From Pseudomonadota bacterium (lineage in GTDB: Bacteria; Bdellovibrionota_C; UBA2361; OMII01), in the NCBI GenBank assembly GCA_038134595.1, contig JAYPVM010000006.1:64001-128000 (forward strand): DNA of 64,000 nucleotides. Direction: 5' to 3'. Shown in pieces: positions 30,301 to 39,702 of this stretch. The position numbers and the translations under genes are program-made. The notes under the pieces are model-generated. The model worked only from the letters and a program-made list of their open reading frames with translations. It was not told the DNA's origin and searched no databases. Position 1 is the stretch's first letter. Each line of letters starts with the position of its first letter.

Positions 30301-31302
30301 ATGACATCGAAAGAAACGCGCGCCCTTAGTGTAAAAACCTTTCGATATTTCAATCGGAACAGCCCCACCTCTCATCAGGGGGCCTTCTCAGAGCTACTAT
30401 CCACACCATCTTCCTCAACAGAAACATCTCCCCGTACCACGGAGAGCTCGGGTGGCTATTACCGCTCAAAAGCCAAGCCGAACAATTGTGCAAGTCGAAC
30501 CATACAGATAGCCATACTAGTACTACTAACTATGTCTATTTTCCCACATCAAGCTGTTTGCACTCCTTCTCCAGAATCTCAGAAGTGGCAAACCTTACGA
30601 CCGGGATTAGAATCAATTACCACATCAGTCAGTGGTGAATTCCTCTTTTCCTCTTCAATCCTAGCTGTCCGGGCTTCACCAATTACATTTCAACCAAAAG
30701 TATTTCGCGCAGTAGAATTTGGGGCTCCAACGGCCTCAGCCAAGCGAGTTTGCCAGGCAAGTGGAGCCAGTGCTTGCATCAACGCAAACTTCTTCGACGA
30801 GCAACACCGCCCGCTTGGAACGGTGATCAGTCGAGGAATCATCCACAAAAATATCCACAGAGGAGGAGGAACCCTCACGGGCATCTTTGTAGCTACAAAA
30901 AACAGCTTATCCATAAAACATCGAAAAAGCTTCATTACGGAGAACGTTCTCGAAGCCTTTCAAGCTGGTCCACGTCTCATTGCTCATGGACATCCAGTTA
31001 GTGGTATCAAGGCATCGTCAGCACAAGGAGCGCTTTCCATTCTCTGCATTGATTCTGAAAAACGAATAATTTTGGCAAAAATTGCCCTTTCAATCTTCGC
31101 TCGTTATCCATCAAAAATCCAAAGCACATTACTGCAAAAGCCCTTTAACTGTATTGATGCGCTCAATCTCGATGGAGGAAGCTCGTCACAATTATTTGCG
31201 TGGGGAGAGCAAACTCCGGCAAAGCTCGACTCCTCGAAGGTTATCGACTCACCTGGTTTGGATATGGTTCCGGTGGTGTTTGCTCTTGTAGCGCGACCTT
31301 GA
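30301..31302 (+). CDS. phosphodiester glycosidase (NAGPA/DUF2233) family exported protein
   Basis: INANFFD, QAGPRL and ALNLDGGSSSQL. The start is uncertain; the ORF is open from 30178. Confidence 0.8.
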   Translation: MTSKETRALSVKTFRYFNRNSPTSHQGAFSELLSTPSSSTETSPRTTESSGGYYRSKAKPNNCASRTIQIAILVLLTMSIFPHQAVCTPSPESQKWQTLRPGLESITTSVSGEFLFSSSILAVRASPITFQPKVFRAVEFGAPTASAKRVCQASGASACINANFFDEQHRPLGTVISRGIIHKNIHRGGGTLTGIFVATKNSLSIKHRKSFITENVLEAFQAGPRLIAHGHPVSGIKASSAQGALSILCIDSEKRIILAKIALSIFARYPSKIQSTLLQKPFNCIDALNLDGGSSSQLFAWGEQTPAKLDSSKVIDSPGLDMVPVVFALVARP

Positions 31303-31661
31303 ACCAGGCAGGTATCTGAAGGGGGCCATCTTCATTCTAATAAGAGCTTCTTTCCGCCCACCATCAACCATTCCTCCGCTACGGTTCTATTATTACTCCT
31401 TCAAAAAACCCGCGCGAATCAAAGTCAGCTTGCATCCAAAAAGGTCGCTCTTTATCGCCCAACAAGCCTGCTCAGTGCCCGACAACGCATCTTTCTATCC
31501 ACTGATTAGGAAATCTTAAATGGCAACTGATACGATCTAAACATCCCCAAAACACTGTACAAACTCCTGTGGATGCCTGCCGCTGATTTTAAGTCCCCTG
31601 ATTCATGAGGTTTTGCGGCTCGGATAGATAGAATCTTCAGCCCTGCCCTATTCTCGTCAAA

Positions 31662-31733
31662 CAATGTACGTTGACATACATTGCTTCCTCCCTGTAGCTT
31701 AGTTGAAGGTACTTGAAGTACTATATGAAGTAT
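31662..31733 (+). promoter_or_regulatory. promoter and putative operator of the MerR-like regulator
   Basis: TTGACA(31671)-18 bp-TAGCTT(31695). Inverted repeat CAATGTA-N8-TACATTG (31662-31683) straddles the -35. Three TGAAG(G)TA direct repeats at 31704, 31714 and 31726. Confidence 0.55.
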
Positions 31734-31763
31734 ATCTGTTCGAGCAGTAATTGGAGTAGCTAC

Positions 31764-32279
31764 ATGACGGTTCACATTCTTGATAGGGAATTTACAGCAA
31801 AGGATGTACAAGAAATCCTGAGGACACTCACCGGTGATTCTGAAAAAATCGGTCTTGCATTACTAAACTACTACGCCCGAACAAATCTGGTTCCCACTAC
31901 AGGCAAGACGAAAAGCCGGGGCCGCGCCAAATATTCATATCCAGATTTAATCCTACTCTGTTGGCTCTTTCGAATGAAAAGAGAGGGACTTCCCGTCAAC
32001 CGATTCCGAAGAGGTATTGATTATCTCCGAAAGCGCCTACCCAAGCTCCATAAAAACCCGAGCGACATGGTTTTGCTGACAGATGGCAAACAGCTCTTCA
32101 TCAAGCATCGTGTTGCCGAAAAAGGAGATATTGCCGAGGTGCTGACCGGAAACAAGGCGGGCCAATACGTGTGGGCGTATGCCATCGGCTCATTAATTGA
32201 AGAAGTGGATAAAATTATCACAGAGCTCACAGAAACCAAAAAGCTTGACGATAAAACAGACTCGAAAGTCGCCGCATAA
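31764..32279 (+). CDS. MerR-type HTH regulator (Rv1830/McdR-like architecture)
   Basis: FTAKDV...LNYYAR--LV...R--YSY-DL...G-P---R--IDYL wHTH plus an LLTDG...GQYV-A-AI C-domain. ATG at 31764 has a GGAG RBS. Confidence 0.8.
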   Translation: MTVHILDREFTAKDVQEILRTLTGDSEKIGLALLNYYARTNLVPTTGKTKSRGRAKYSYPDLILLCWLFRMKREGLPVNRFRRGIDYLRKRLPKLHKNPSDMVLLTDGKQLFIKHRVAEKGDIAEVLTGNKAGQYVWAYAIGSLIEEVDKIITELTETKKLDDKTDSKVAA

Positions 32280-32297
32280 TCAATAGAGAGTGTATCC

Positions 32298-32456
32298 ATG
32301 AGCAAATCAAATACAGTCAAGCAGATATTCGATCTCCTATTAGAGAGAAAGGCTTGGTGGCTGGTTCCGATGGTAGTGGTCTTTCTCCTTGTAGGCCTTC
32401 TGATTGTGGCAACAAATGGGTCAGCTATTTCACCCTTTATCTATGCCCTTTTCTAG
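32298..32456 (+). CDS. DUF5989-family small membrane protein (52 aa, absent from the ORF track)
   Basis: Hand translation MSKSNTVKQIFDLLLERKAWWLVPMVVVFLLVGLLIVATNGSAISPFIYALF matches the RKxWWLxP...SAxxPFIYxLF signature. Confidence 0.88.
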   Translation: MSKSNTVKQIFDLLLERKAWWLVPMVVVFLLVGLLIVATNGSAISPFIYALF

Positions 32457-32571
32457 CATGGGGCCCGTTTCTCACACGTAACGGGCTAATGCATATAAGC
32501 TCCTTTAAATCGGTCGGCCAGTTCACGCTACTGTGGCCTAATCGTCGCTCCCCCTCCAGAGAGTCCTAGCA

Positions 32572-32979
32572 CTAGTCTTTTGAGGTGACAGTTCCAACTG
32601 CATCCAGAAAATCTTGCGGCGGCTTTACAGAGCGCCTGCTCTCCAGACTCATGAACGCCAACCCAATCCGAGCCTCCATTACTACCTTGCCTCGCGCGTT
32701 ATAAACACTCTGATCAATAAAGAGACGACGCTCATCAACAATCATCTCAGCGCATCGCACCTCAATCGCACCCTCTTTGAGCTCCCTCTTGTACTTTGCC
32801 TCGACAGAAATTATCACCAATGCATCTCCTCGGGCCAACATAGATTCATAAGAAACGCCCAAACTATCTAAGTAGGCGATTCGAGCTTTTTCAAGAATTT
32901 CAAGACATTTGGCATGATGAACGTGATGATACGTCGAATCAACCAACTCTCGGTCAATAGTGTACGGAAATACGAACAT
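32572..32979 (-). CDS. acyl-CoA thioesterase (4HBT/YbgC hotdog fold)
   Basis: D---HV-H--------E-AR and Y-R-L pattern; 135 aa. Confidence 0.85.
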   Translation of the reverse strand: MFVFPYTIDRELVDSTYHHVHHAKCLEILEKARIAYLDSLGVSYESMLARGDALVIISVEAKYKRELKEGAIEVRCAEMIVDERRLFIDQSVYNARGKVVMEARIGLAFMSLESRRSVKPPQDFLDAVGTVTSKD

Positions 32980-33023
32980 GCTTGTCCCTTTAAAAAACTC
33001 ATACTGGTTAAACTCAGACTTTC

Positions 33024-34346
33024 ATGATTATATCTCAACAGCAATATCAGAACACCAACAACCACATGCAACAGACTTACAGTAGACGAATCAAGAAAGT
33101 CCTTAAAAAGCTAGCCGCCGAGCCCCGTTCTAGCTGCTTAGTACTAACGAGCAATCCTGTAGCACGTCGCTCATTAGACACTGAATATCCATATCGGCAG
33201 AATAGCGACCTCTTTTATCTCACAGGTTCGCTAAGAAACGATATCACACTAGTGTTACGCCCAAACACTAGTGAGCCTATCACACTCATAGTCCCACCAG
33301 AGGATAAAATAAAAAATCTCTGGGAGGGCGCTCCACCGAACATACGGCCCGTTGCAGAAGAACTCAATGCTCGCCTGATCCGCTCTACCGGAGCAGCTGA
33401 AACTGTCTTCAAAATGATCCGCAGATTTGATTCCGTCTTCCTACCGACAAACGGCAGTCCACTAGCTACAAAACTAAGAAATCACCTCTCATCTCTCCCA
33501 AGCCATGAGAAGCGCACACTACCATCTACCGTCATGGACGCCGAACCTCTCCTGTCGGAACTTAGATGCGTTAAGACACCGCAGGAAATTGCAAAGATTA
33601 AGCGGGCTACCGCTCTTACCTCGGCCGTCTTATATCACATTAGTCAAACAATCGCGCCCGGAATAACGGAATATGAAATCGCCACCCTCATAGACTACCT
33701 ATACCGCCTACACGGAGCCGAGCCAGCTTTTAATACTATTGTTGCCGCCGGAAAATCTGCGGCAACACTCCACTATCGTCCGGGAGAGCGCCGCCTAAAG
33801 GCAGGAGAGTTTGTTTTGATCGATTCTGGATGCGAATTAGATATGTACTCTTCAGATATTACTCGAAGTATCCCAATCGGGGAATCGCTACCAGCACCGT
33901 TGCGCGACGCGTATGAAATTGTCTTATCAAGCCAAAAAGCTGCCATAAAAAAAGTAAAACCGGGCGTAACGCTACGTGCTATTCACAATGCTGCGGCCAA
34001 GGAAATAACCCTGGGACTTAAAAGCCTCGGCATTCTAAAGGGGTCAACCGACAAACTACTTCAAGAATCTGCCTATCACCCTTGGTTTCCCCATGGCATC
34101 GGCCATTCGCTTGGAATCGATGTTCACGATCCCACCCCATTTCAAGACCACAGCGACTTTATCTTACAGCCCGGCATGGTCATAACTATTGAACCCGGCC
34201 TCTACTTTCCGAAACGTGCTGGTAAGGTTTCAGCGTGTGGCATCCGAATCGAAGATGACGTGCTAGTAACCAAACAAGGCTGCCAAATTTTAAGCCAAGA
34301 CACATTTCCCAAAGAGCTCTCGGAGCTCGCGCTCCTTCTAGGCTAA
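33024..34346 (+). CDS. pepP: Xaa-Pro aminopeptidase
   Basis: YRQNSD--YLTG, LHY, ID-G, SDITR, HGIGH-LG-DVHD, TIEPGLY and GIRIEDD. Confidence 0.92.
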   Translation: MIISQQQYQNTNNHMQQTYSRRIKKVLKKLAAEPRSSCLVLTSNPVARRSLDTEYPYRQNSDLFYLTGSLRNDITLVLRPNTSEPITLIVPPEDKIKNLWEGAPPNIRPVAEELNARLIRSTGAAETVFKMIRRFDSVFLPTNGSPLATKLRNHLSSLPSHEKRTLPSTVMDAEPLLSELRCVKTPQEIAKIKRATALTSAVLYHISQTIAPGITEYEIATLIDYLYRLHGAEPAFNTIVAAGKSAATLHYRPGERRLKAGEFVLIDSGCELDMYSSDITRSIPIGESLPAPLRDAYEIVLSSQKAAIKKVKPGVTLRAIHNAAAKEITLGLKSLGILKGSTDKLLQESAYHPWFPHGIGHSLGIDVHDPTPFQDHSDFILQPGMVITIEPGLYFPKRAGKVSACGIRIEDDVLVTKQGCQILSQDTFPKELSELALLLG

Positions 34347-34462
34347 CATCCTCATTACTATTACGCTTAAGAGTGATCAGGCTTTTATAACCAAAGGGGC
34401 GTTCTACTGCGGCAAATGATACATCTGCTCTGCTGCAATCATATTACCCCACCGTTGTGGCT

Positions 34463-35239
34463 CTAAAACCCGTAGTGACTAGGATTGCCTAAGATCAGCG
34501 TCATCGCAATCACCCGTGGAACAAACCGCTTCGTCTCATTAGACAGTTCACCTGCATGAGCTAACTGCCAAAAATCGACCGCTTTTGTTTTTTGTAATTT
34601 TCGATTAATTTTCGTACGACCAGCATTATATGCCGCAAGCGCGAGTCCCCAATCCCCGTAAGCGTTAAACAAATCACGCAGATGTTGCGCAGCGGCTAAG
34701 GTAGATCGAGTAAAGTCAAGTCGTTCGTCCCTGATACTAGAAACCTCAAGACCATAGCTCTCTGCGGTCCCTCTCATAAATTGCCATAATCCCGTGGCAC
34801 CCGCAGGGCTTCTTGCATACTGATTAAGGTTACTCTCGACAGCTGCTAAAGATACCAACTCCTCGGGAACCCCCTTCTTTTTCAACAATCGCTGAATGGA
34901 TTCGAAAGAGTTTCCCCTCTGGCTCAGAATCTCCTCTACTGTACCACGCTCCCGAGTTGTATACCGAACAATCTCACGCCGCACCTCTGGAGTAATGGGA
35001 AATGTTAATTTAGGCAGTGGATCGTAAACGTGCTCTAGGTCGTCATCCCCTGCAAATTCCTCATCGCCAATCCGAGAAGATTCGCCAAACAGGGACAGTC
35101 CCAACCCTCTGATGTTTGTGCACCCAAGCAGTCCACTCGAAACCACTAAAAAAAAGATAGTCAGAAAGGTTTGCCTTCGACCCCAATAAAAATTTCGGCA
35201 GTGGCGCAGCATACGTAGTTCACTAATCTGGATCGTCAT
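34463..35239 (-). CDS. lytic transglycosylase (MltD-type SLT domain) lipoprotein without LysM
   Basis: Lipobox LLGC, catalytic AVES, GATGLWQFM, LAAYNAG and ETKRFVP. Confidence 0.9.
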   Translation of the reverse strand: MTIQISELRMLRHCRNFYWGRRQTFLTIFFLVVSSGLLGCTNIRGLGLSLFGESSRIGDEEFAGDDDLEHVYDPLPKLTFPITPEVRREIVRYTTRERGTVEEILSQRGNSFESIQRLLKKKGVPEELVSLAAVESNLNQYARSPAGATGLWQFMRGTAESYGLEVSSIRDERLDFTRSTLAAAQHLRDLFNAYGDWGLALAAYNAGRTKINRKLQKTKAVDFWQLAHAGELSNETKRFVPRVIAMTLILGNPSHYGF

Positions 35240-35281
35240 TTTAATTCATTTAGCGCGACCAAAAGTCACCCGCAGACACTA

Positions 35282-35304
35282 GCATCAAAACGATGTTTTG
35301 ATGC
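35282..35304. promoter_or_regulatory. perfect 10-bp inverted repeat upstream of the transglycosylase
   Basis: GCATCAAAAC-GAT-GTTTTGATGC. Confidence 0.45.
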
Positions 35305-35499
35305 CTACATAATACCTTATGCGCCAATTTTTTTCGAGCGAACGAACCCATAAAGAGATCTTGCTAGCCTTATAATCACATCATACTCGGCTCTAATCCT
35401 GTTACAGCAGAAAAATTCACAAACCAAGCTAGGTTATTAACAATCATTTACTACCTTAGTTTCATATAAAACAACATTACAACTTCATTTCAACCCCCT

Positions 35500-35508
35500 T
35501 TATCCACA
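35500..35508 (+). promoter_or_regulatory. consensus DnaA box
   Basis: TTATCCACA, single copy, in an AT-rich divergent intergenic region. Confidence 0.4.
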
Positions 35509-35594
35509 ATAATTCCATCCTTCGAGGCTCAAATCTGCATCTTATTCTATGACAGACAAGAGAGCTGTGCATTTTCAGGCAGATTTATCTCGTT

Positions 35595-36236
35595 ATGTGT
35601 GGTGCCGTGGTGAACCGAGTGGAACGTAAAAAGGATTTTCTCACCCCCCCTAGAATTACTAGGCTTATATTTGCTGCCTCCCTTTTGGGGACACTCGTTA
35701 GTACTGGCTGTGTTCCAATGACCAGTCCAAATCACTCTAAACAGCTACTATCAAGTGGCGTGATAGCAATTTCAAGACCTATCCCTGTGGCATCAACGAA
35801 TTCGTTCCTCGCAACCATAGCAACGAGCTCCCAATCTTCCATATCCGAAAATCGTGCTGAAACAGTAGTTATCTCACGCACTGATGCAACAATCACTGCT
35901 TTTAATACATTAGGAACTCCACTCATTTTTAGAGCTGAGGGAGCCGAAGGCTTATCCCCCGGTTCATTCACAATTACCGTTAAGGAAGAACAACCTCTTT
36001 GGTACGCACCCAACGTTTACTTTCAAAGGCGCTCACTCAAAATTCCTCAGGAAGGAAGTCGAGACAGATTTCGACGGGCGGCTTTAGGCAAGCGTGCAGT
36101 TTTTTTAAATAACAGAATCCCTATTCATTCAGGCCCTGTATGGCTAGAGGAGATTGGCGGTCTTAAGGTGCGGTCTTCTGATATGTCTGCCCTCTATGCG
36201 ATGCTTGATGTAGGTACAAGAGTTGAAATTCGGTAG
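35595..36236 (+). CDS. L,D-transpeptidase (YkuD)-like lipoprotein, catalytic Cys apparently missing
   Basis: Lipobox STGC; PG-F-I--K---P-W--P, LG-RA--L, IH and D---LY--L-VGT-V-I, but GGLKV stands where HGCIR is expected. Confidence 0.75.
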   Translation: MCGAVVNRVERKKDFLTPPRITRLIFAASLLGTLVSTGCVPMTSPNHSKQLLSSGVIAISRPIPVASTNSFLATIATSSQSSISENRAETVVISRTDATITAFNTLGTPLIFRAEGAEGLSPGSFTITVKEEQPLWYAPNVYFQRRSLKIPQEGSRDRFRRAALGKRAVFLNNRIPIHSGPVWLEEIGGLKVRSSDMSALYAMLDVGTRVEIR

Positions 36237-36366
36237 GCATCATCACCGGAAGCCTCTCTGCCCCAGGTCATCTCAGCCCCCCCTTTTTTTCAGATTAGAC
36301 TAATTCCCACACCCTTCCTAACCTGCAAAGTCTCATCACCATCAGCCTAAACATTACAGCCAGGAT

Positions 36367-36396
36367 TTGCCTAAAGCGTTCAAGAAAAGGTATACT
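36367..36396 (+). promoter_or_regulatory. sigma70-like promoter
   Basis: TTGCCT-18 bp-TATACT upstream of the NYN gene. Confidence 0.5.
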
Positions 36397-36464
36397 CCCC
36401 GCCAACCTACATAAGGCTAATAACACGGGTAGAAGTGGCTTAAGCTTATACAAGCAAGTGGTGG

Positions 36465-37178
36465 ATGGGGAGATATGGTATGACAGAACAGAAATATCAA
36501 GAAGTAAGTGGTGGCCTTGTCAAGAAAACCAAGAGACGGATTGTAGGCGTATTTATCGACGGAATCGGATTAGATAGGGCCACAAGGCGGTTAAATCGCA
36601 GAATTGATTTGGCGGCTTTAGTAAAAGGAGTCACCTCCGGATTACAACCAATTACAGCTCGATATTATACCGTGGTTCCTCACGAGGACGATTCACGACA
36701 CAGGGCTTTCTTGGACGCTGTAGCCCGGGCTGGCCTAAACGTAATCGTCAAAAGACTTCCCCCCAAAGGCATCACTCGCCAAGTCACCACCGATATCGAA
36801 ATGTCCACCGATATCGTTGCTTATGCCTTAGGTCTGTCTTCATTTAACAAAGCCTTTGAGTATCTTCCAGCAGAAATCCAAGCTGTCAAATCGATGTCGA
36901 TGACAAGTGGCAAGACAACCATCTCGCAAGATGATGTATCGGATCAAAAACGACAATCGGGCCCCTTATTGCAAACCGATCCCCAAGACCGAAACGTAAC
37001 CCGCTCCCTCATCGTAGTGTGTCCAACTCGTGAGCTATCGTATGCGATGAGTCTTGCAAAGGATCTCGGAGCCGATACAACAACTGCAGATTTTGGCACG
37101 TTTAATCGCGGAGATGTTCTTAAATCAGCGACAAAGTGGATTGACCTTTCCGATTCAGAGACCATATGGAAAGATTAA
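36465..37178 (+). CDS. NYN/LabA (DUF88, PIN-like) domain protein, degenerate active site
   Basis: VFIDG, A-YY, D-----D, L---A--WIDL. SGDGDF is replaced by CPTREL. Confidence 0.75.
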   Translation: MGRYGMTEQKYQEVSGGLVKKTKRRIVGVFIDGIGLDRATRRLNRRIDLAALVKGVTSGLQPITARYYTVVPHEDDSRHRAFLDAVARAGLNVIVKRLPPKGITRQVTTDIEMSTDIVAYALGLSSFNKAFEYLPAEIQAVKSMSMTSGKTTISQDDVSDQKRQSGPLLQTDPQDRNVTRSLIVVCPTRELSYAMSLAKDLGADTTTADFGTFNRGDVLKSATKWIDLSDSETIWKD

Positions 37179-37370
37179 ACTCTGGTAGCGACTAGACGCA
37201 TAGGTTCTACGCGTCCACGCCGACAGTAACAACCGAAAATCACAATGCTTTCAGTTATTTACCAAAACTCCCAGTAAACAACAAGGGCATGAAAGTTACG
37301 CCTTGACAATAACTTGCTCTTTGTATAGTTGCATCCTAAACTGCGTCTTACGATTAATGTAGGATTGTCA

Positions 37371-39401
37371 ATGGTCTTTAACAGCTCGATTTCAGGACAA
37401 AGCTCCCACCGAGATGGTGGAAGGAGCAGCGATCGGCAACAATCAAACGAGCGATCAATAAGCGACTTGCAGCTTAGTCGCCTCGCGTTCTTTACACCCG
37501 CTTCTGTAGTCGAACGTCAGCTAAAAATAGATTTTACAACCACACTAGACGGCGACATAGCCCTTGATCGTCCAATTAGACTTTTTGCAAAAAATGCAAC
37601 GGGCGTAACCGTGGCCCAGTACACTGTAGAGAACCTCCAGTTGCTCGACGAGAGTGTCAAAAAAACGCTATCGGATAAAATCAAAAGCTGCCGTAGATTA
37701 GAACTATCGGTCGAGACTCTTGCTCAAACCCTTCTAGGCCTTACGGAACACGACAATCGAATACAATGGAGCACAGAATCGCTCTATCCTGGAGCGAGGA
37801 AGCCTCTGCGGGAACTCCGTCCGTGCACTCCCTCTCTTGCCGAGTTTTTGCAAAATCCGACATGCCTCGAAAAAGCCTTCTATTCCATTCGTAAGACTGG
37901 GCATACAGAAGAGAAGCTTACAGCAGTAATGGATACAGATGCTCAGACAATCACCTTTACTCTTTGCTCAGAAAACCTACCACACTGGAGCCCCTCTGAG
38001 CACAAAAATCAACGCGTCGTAGTTTCTTGTTCATCACTCGACGACAGATCTTCCGATACGAATCCGCAAGACGTTCTGGCTCCAATTGTATGGCAAGCCA
38101 TGGAGGCGTTTTGGAATACCGGAGCAACAGGTCTCACTAGATATCTGTTTAGAGCCTCTAAAGACAACAAGGACACAAGCCCCCCCGGAATACAAGTGCG
38201 AGTACAGGACTTTTCTTTTTACGGAAAAAGCAGTTCAGGAGCCTATGTATCATTTGAGGGGTCATCTCAAGTCGCGCAAGTTACCCTAACACAAGAACCC
38301 CTGCTATCCCCTTTAAGTAAAAAACCAGCTTCTGGAAGTGGGCAATGGATTTTTGTAAATGATTCAAAAACGTCTCGTACTACCGCTAGCTCCGCTGAGA
38401 ACACAATGTTAAGAGAAATCGGCACTGCGGTGACCAAGCTCATGCACTCACGAGGCGAGAGCTCCCTAGAAGAGGTATTTGCGACACTAACACTGGCGGC
38501 TCGCTCTGAGGTGTTCTTTCGACCAGACACTTCTGCCGTGGTAGAACCAGAGGTTTCCACGTATCTCGCAAAACTTGTAAATACGCGGGTATTACACTCC
38601 TGGGAAAGACCCTCTATTCCAGAGTTAATAAATTTTCTAGAGGGAACAAAAAGCCTCCAAATAATACTTACAGAAGACCCTGCTACACCCTCTCGCTTTC
38701 CATTTAACGCTCTCACTATTGATAAGTTCGTCGACGGCCGCACGCGACTCTCTCTCGTTAATAATCTCGGAGCACACTGCGAAGCTCAATTCTGCCGCCT
38801 CTCTTCAGATGATATGCGCCTCATCCTGAAAACCTTCGATCAACAATTGGAAGAAGGAGTCCCCTCGTTGAGCAGAAGACGTTTGCAGTTGGTCTTGGAA
38901 ACTTTGAAAAGCAGAAACACAGAAAACTGGGTGTTATTCTCCGGAACTTCATCAATCCCCGCAGCCGATGATACAGACGCGCACCAACTACTCGACGCCG
39001 CACTGCCAGTGATCAATCGTTACCTAGCTATGCGAACGATTCGAGAAAAAACGAGCTATTCAGAGAAAAGCAATACAGCAGTTGTTTATCCCCAAAATGG
39101 CGTCATAGAGGTAAGCCTAGGAGAGGATTACCATCCCTATCAATTAAGAGTGAGATTACAGCATAACTCGCTAACGCAAATAGAGATAATTCCCGACGAG
39201 TCCTCCTCCGGCCGGTTTAAAAAGCCGCGAAGGTATGCTTCTCGAAGTGGGATTACGTTAAACACTCCCGAATCAGATAGGTTTTTCGAATCTACACTCA
39301 AACATTTCTTTTCACTTGTCAGCAACACGACCGGGAGCCTTGAATTCGGCAATTCTGAGCTTCGTAGATTTCTAGACAGGCATTTTCAGGGCCCGCAGTG
39401 A
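37371..39401 (+). CDS. large hypothetical protein
   Basis: Uninterrupted ORF of about 680 aa with an AGGA RBS before the ATG at 37371; no family recognised. Confidence 0.75.
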   Translation: MVFNSSISGQSSHRDGGRSSDRQQSNERSISDLQLSRLAFFTPASVVERQLKIDFTTTLDGDIALDRPIRLFAKNATGVTVAQYTVENLQLLDESVKKTLSDKIKSCRRLELSVETLAQTLLGLTEHDNRIQWSTESLYPGARKPLRELRPCTPSLAEFLQNPTCLEKAFYSIRKTGHTEEKLTAVMDTDAQTITFTLCSENLPHWSPSEHKNQRVVVSCSSLDDRSSDTNPQDVLAPIVWQAMEAFWNTGATGLTRYLFRASKDNKDTSPPGIQVRVQDFSFYGKSSSGAYVSFEGSSQVAQVTLTQEPLLSPLSKKPASGSGQWIFVNDSKTSRTTASSAENTMLREIGTAVTKLMHSRGESSLEEVFATLTLAARSEVFFRPDTSAVVEPEVSTYLAKLVNTRVLHSWERPSIPELINFLEGTKSLQIILTEDPATPSRFPFNALTIDKFVDGRTRLSLVNNLGAHCEAQFCRLSSDDMRLILKTFDQQLEEGVPSLSRRRLQLVLETLKSRNTENWVLFSGTSSIPAADDTDAHQLLDAALPVINRYLAMRTIREKTSYSEKSNTAVVYPQNGVIEVSLGEDYHPYQLRVRLQHNSLTQIEIIPDESSSGRFKKPRRYASRSGITLNTPESDRFFESTLKHFFSLVSNTTGSLEFGNSELRRFLDRHFQGPQ

Positions 39402-39538
39402 CCGACACATCAAAATAACTAGTAGAAGCTCTTGGAGCTACAATCAGACTCAATGCTATGTAGCCTCAGGTATTTGCCCGTACTTTTGCATCTTTATCCA
39501 TCTCAGAGAGAAGTCTCCGACAATTTTTTGCTTTTTGA

Positions 39539-39567
39539 TTGACCTTCATTCAAGGGTGCCCGATACT
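39539..39567 (+). promoter_or_regulatory. sigma70-like promoter of dnaB
   Basis: TTGACC-17 bp-GATACT. Confidence 0.5.
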
Positions 39568-39702
39568 GACCCAGCTTCTACAGGGGAGACCGCCCAGCAT
39601 GGGGCAATCACCTGAATATGGAGATATTCGCATACAAACCAAAGAGAAATGGGCTAGCGTAGCGGTGATTACTATCGGCGAGCCTCACTAACATACCAAT
39701 TC

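Noticed and set aside
35240..35594. Replication origin
   Set aside because: Only one consensus DnaA box, with no box cluster and no dnaA, dnaN or gidA context.
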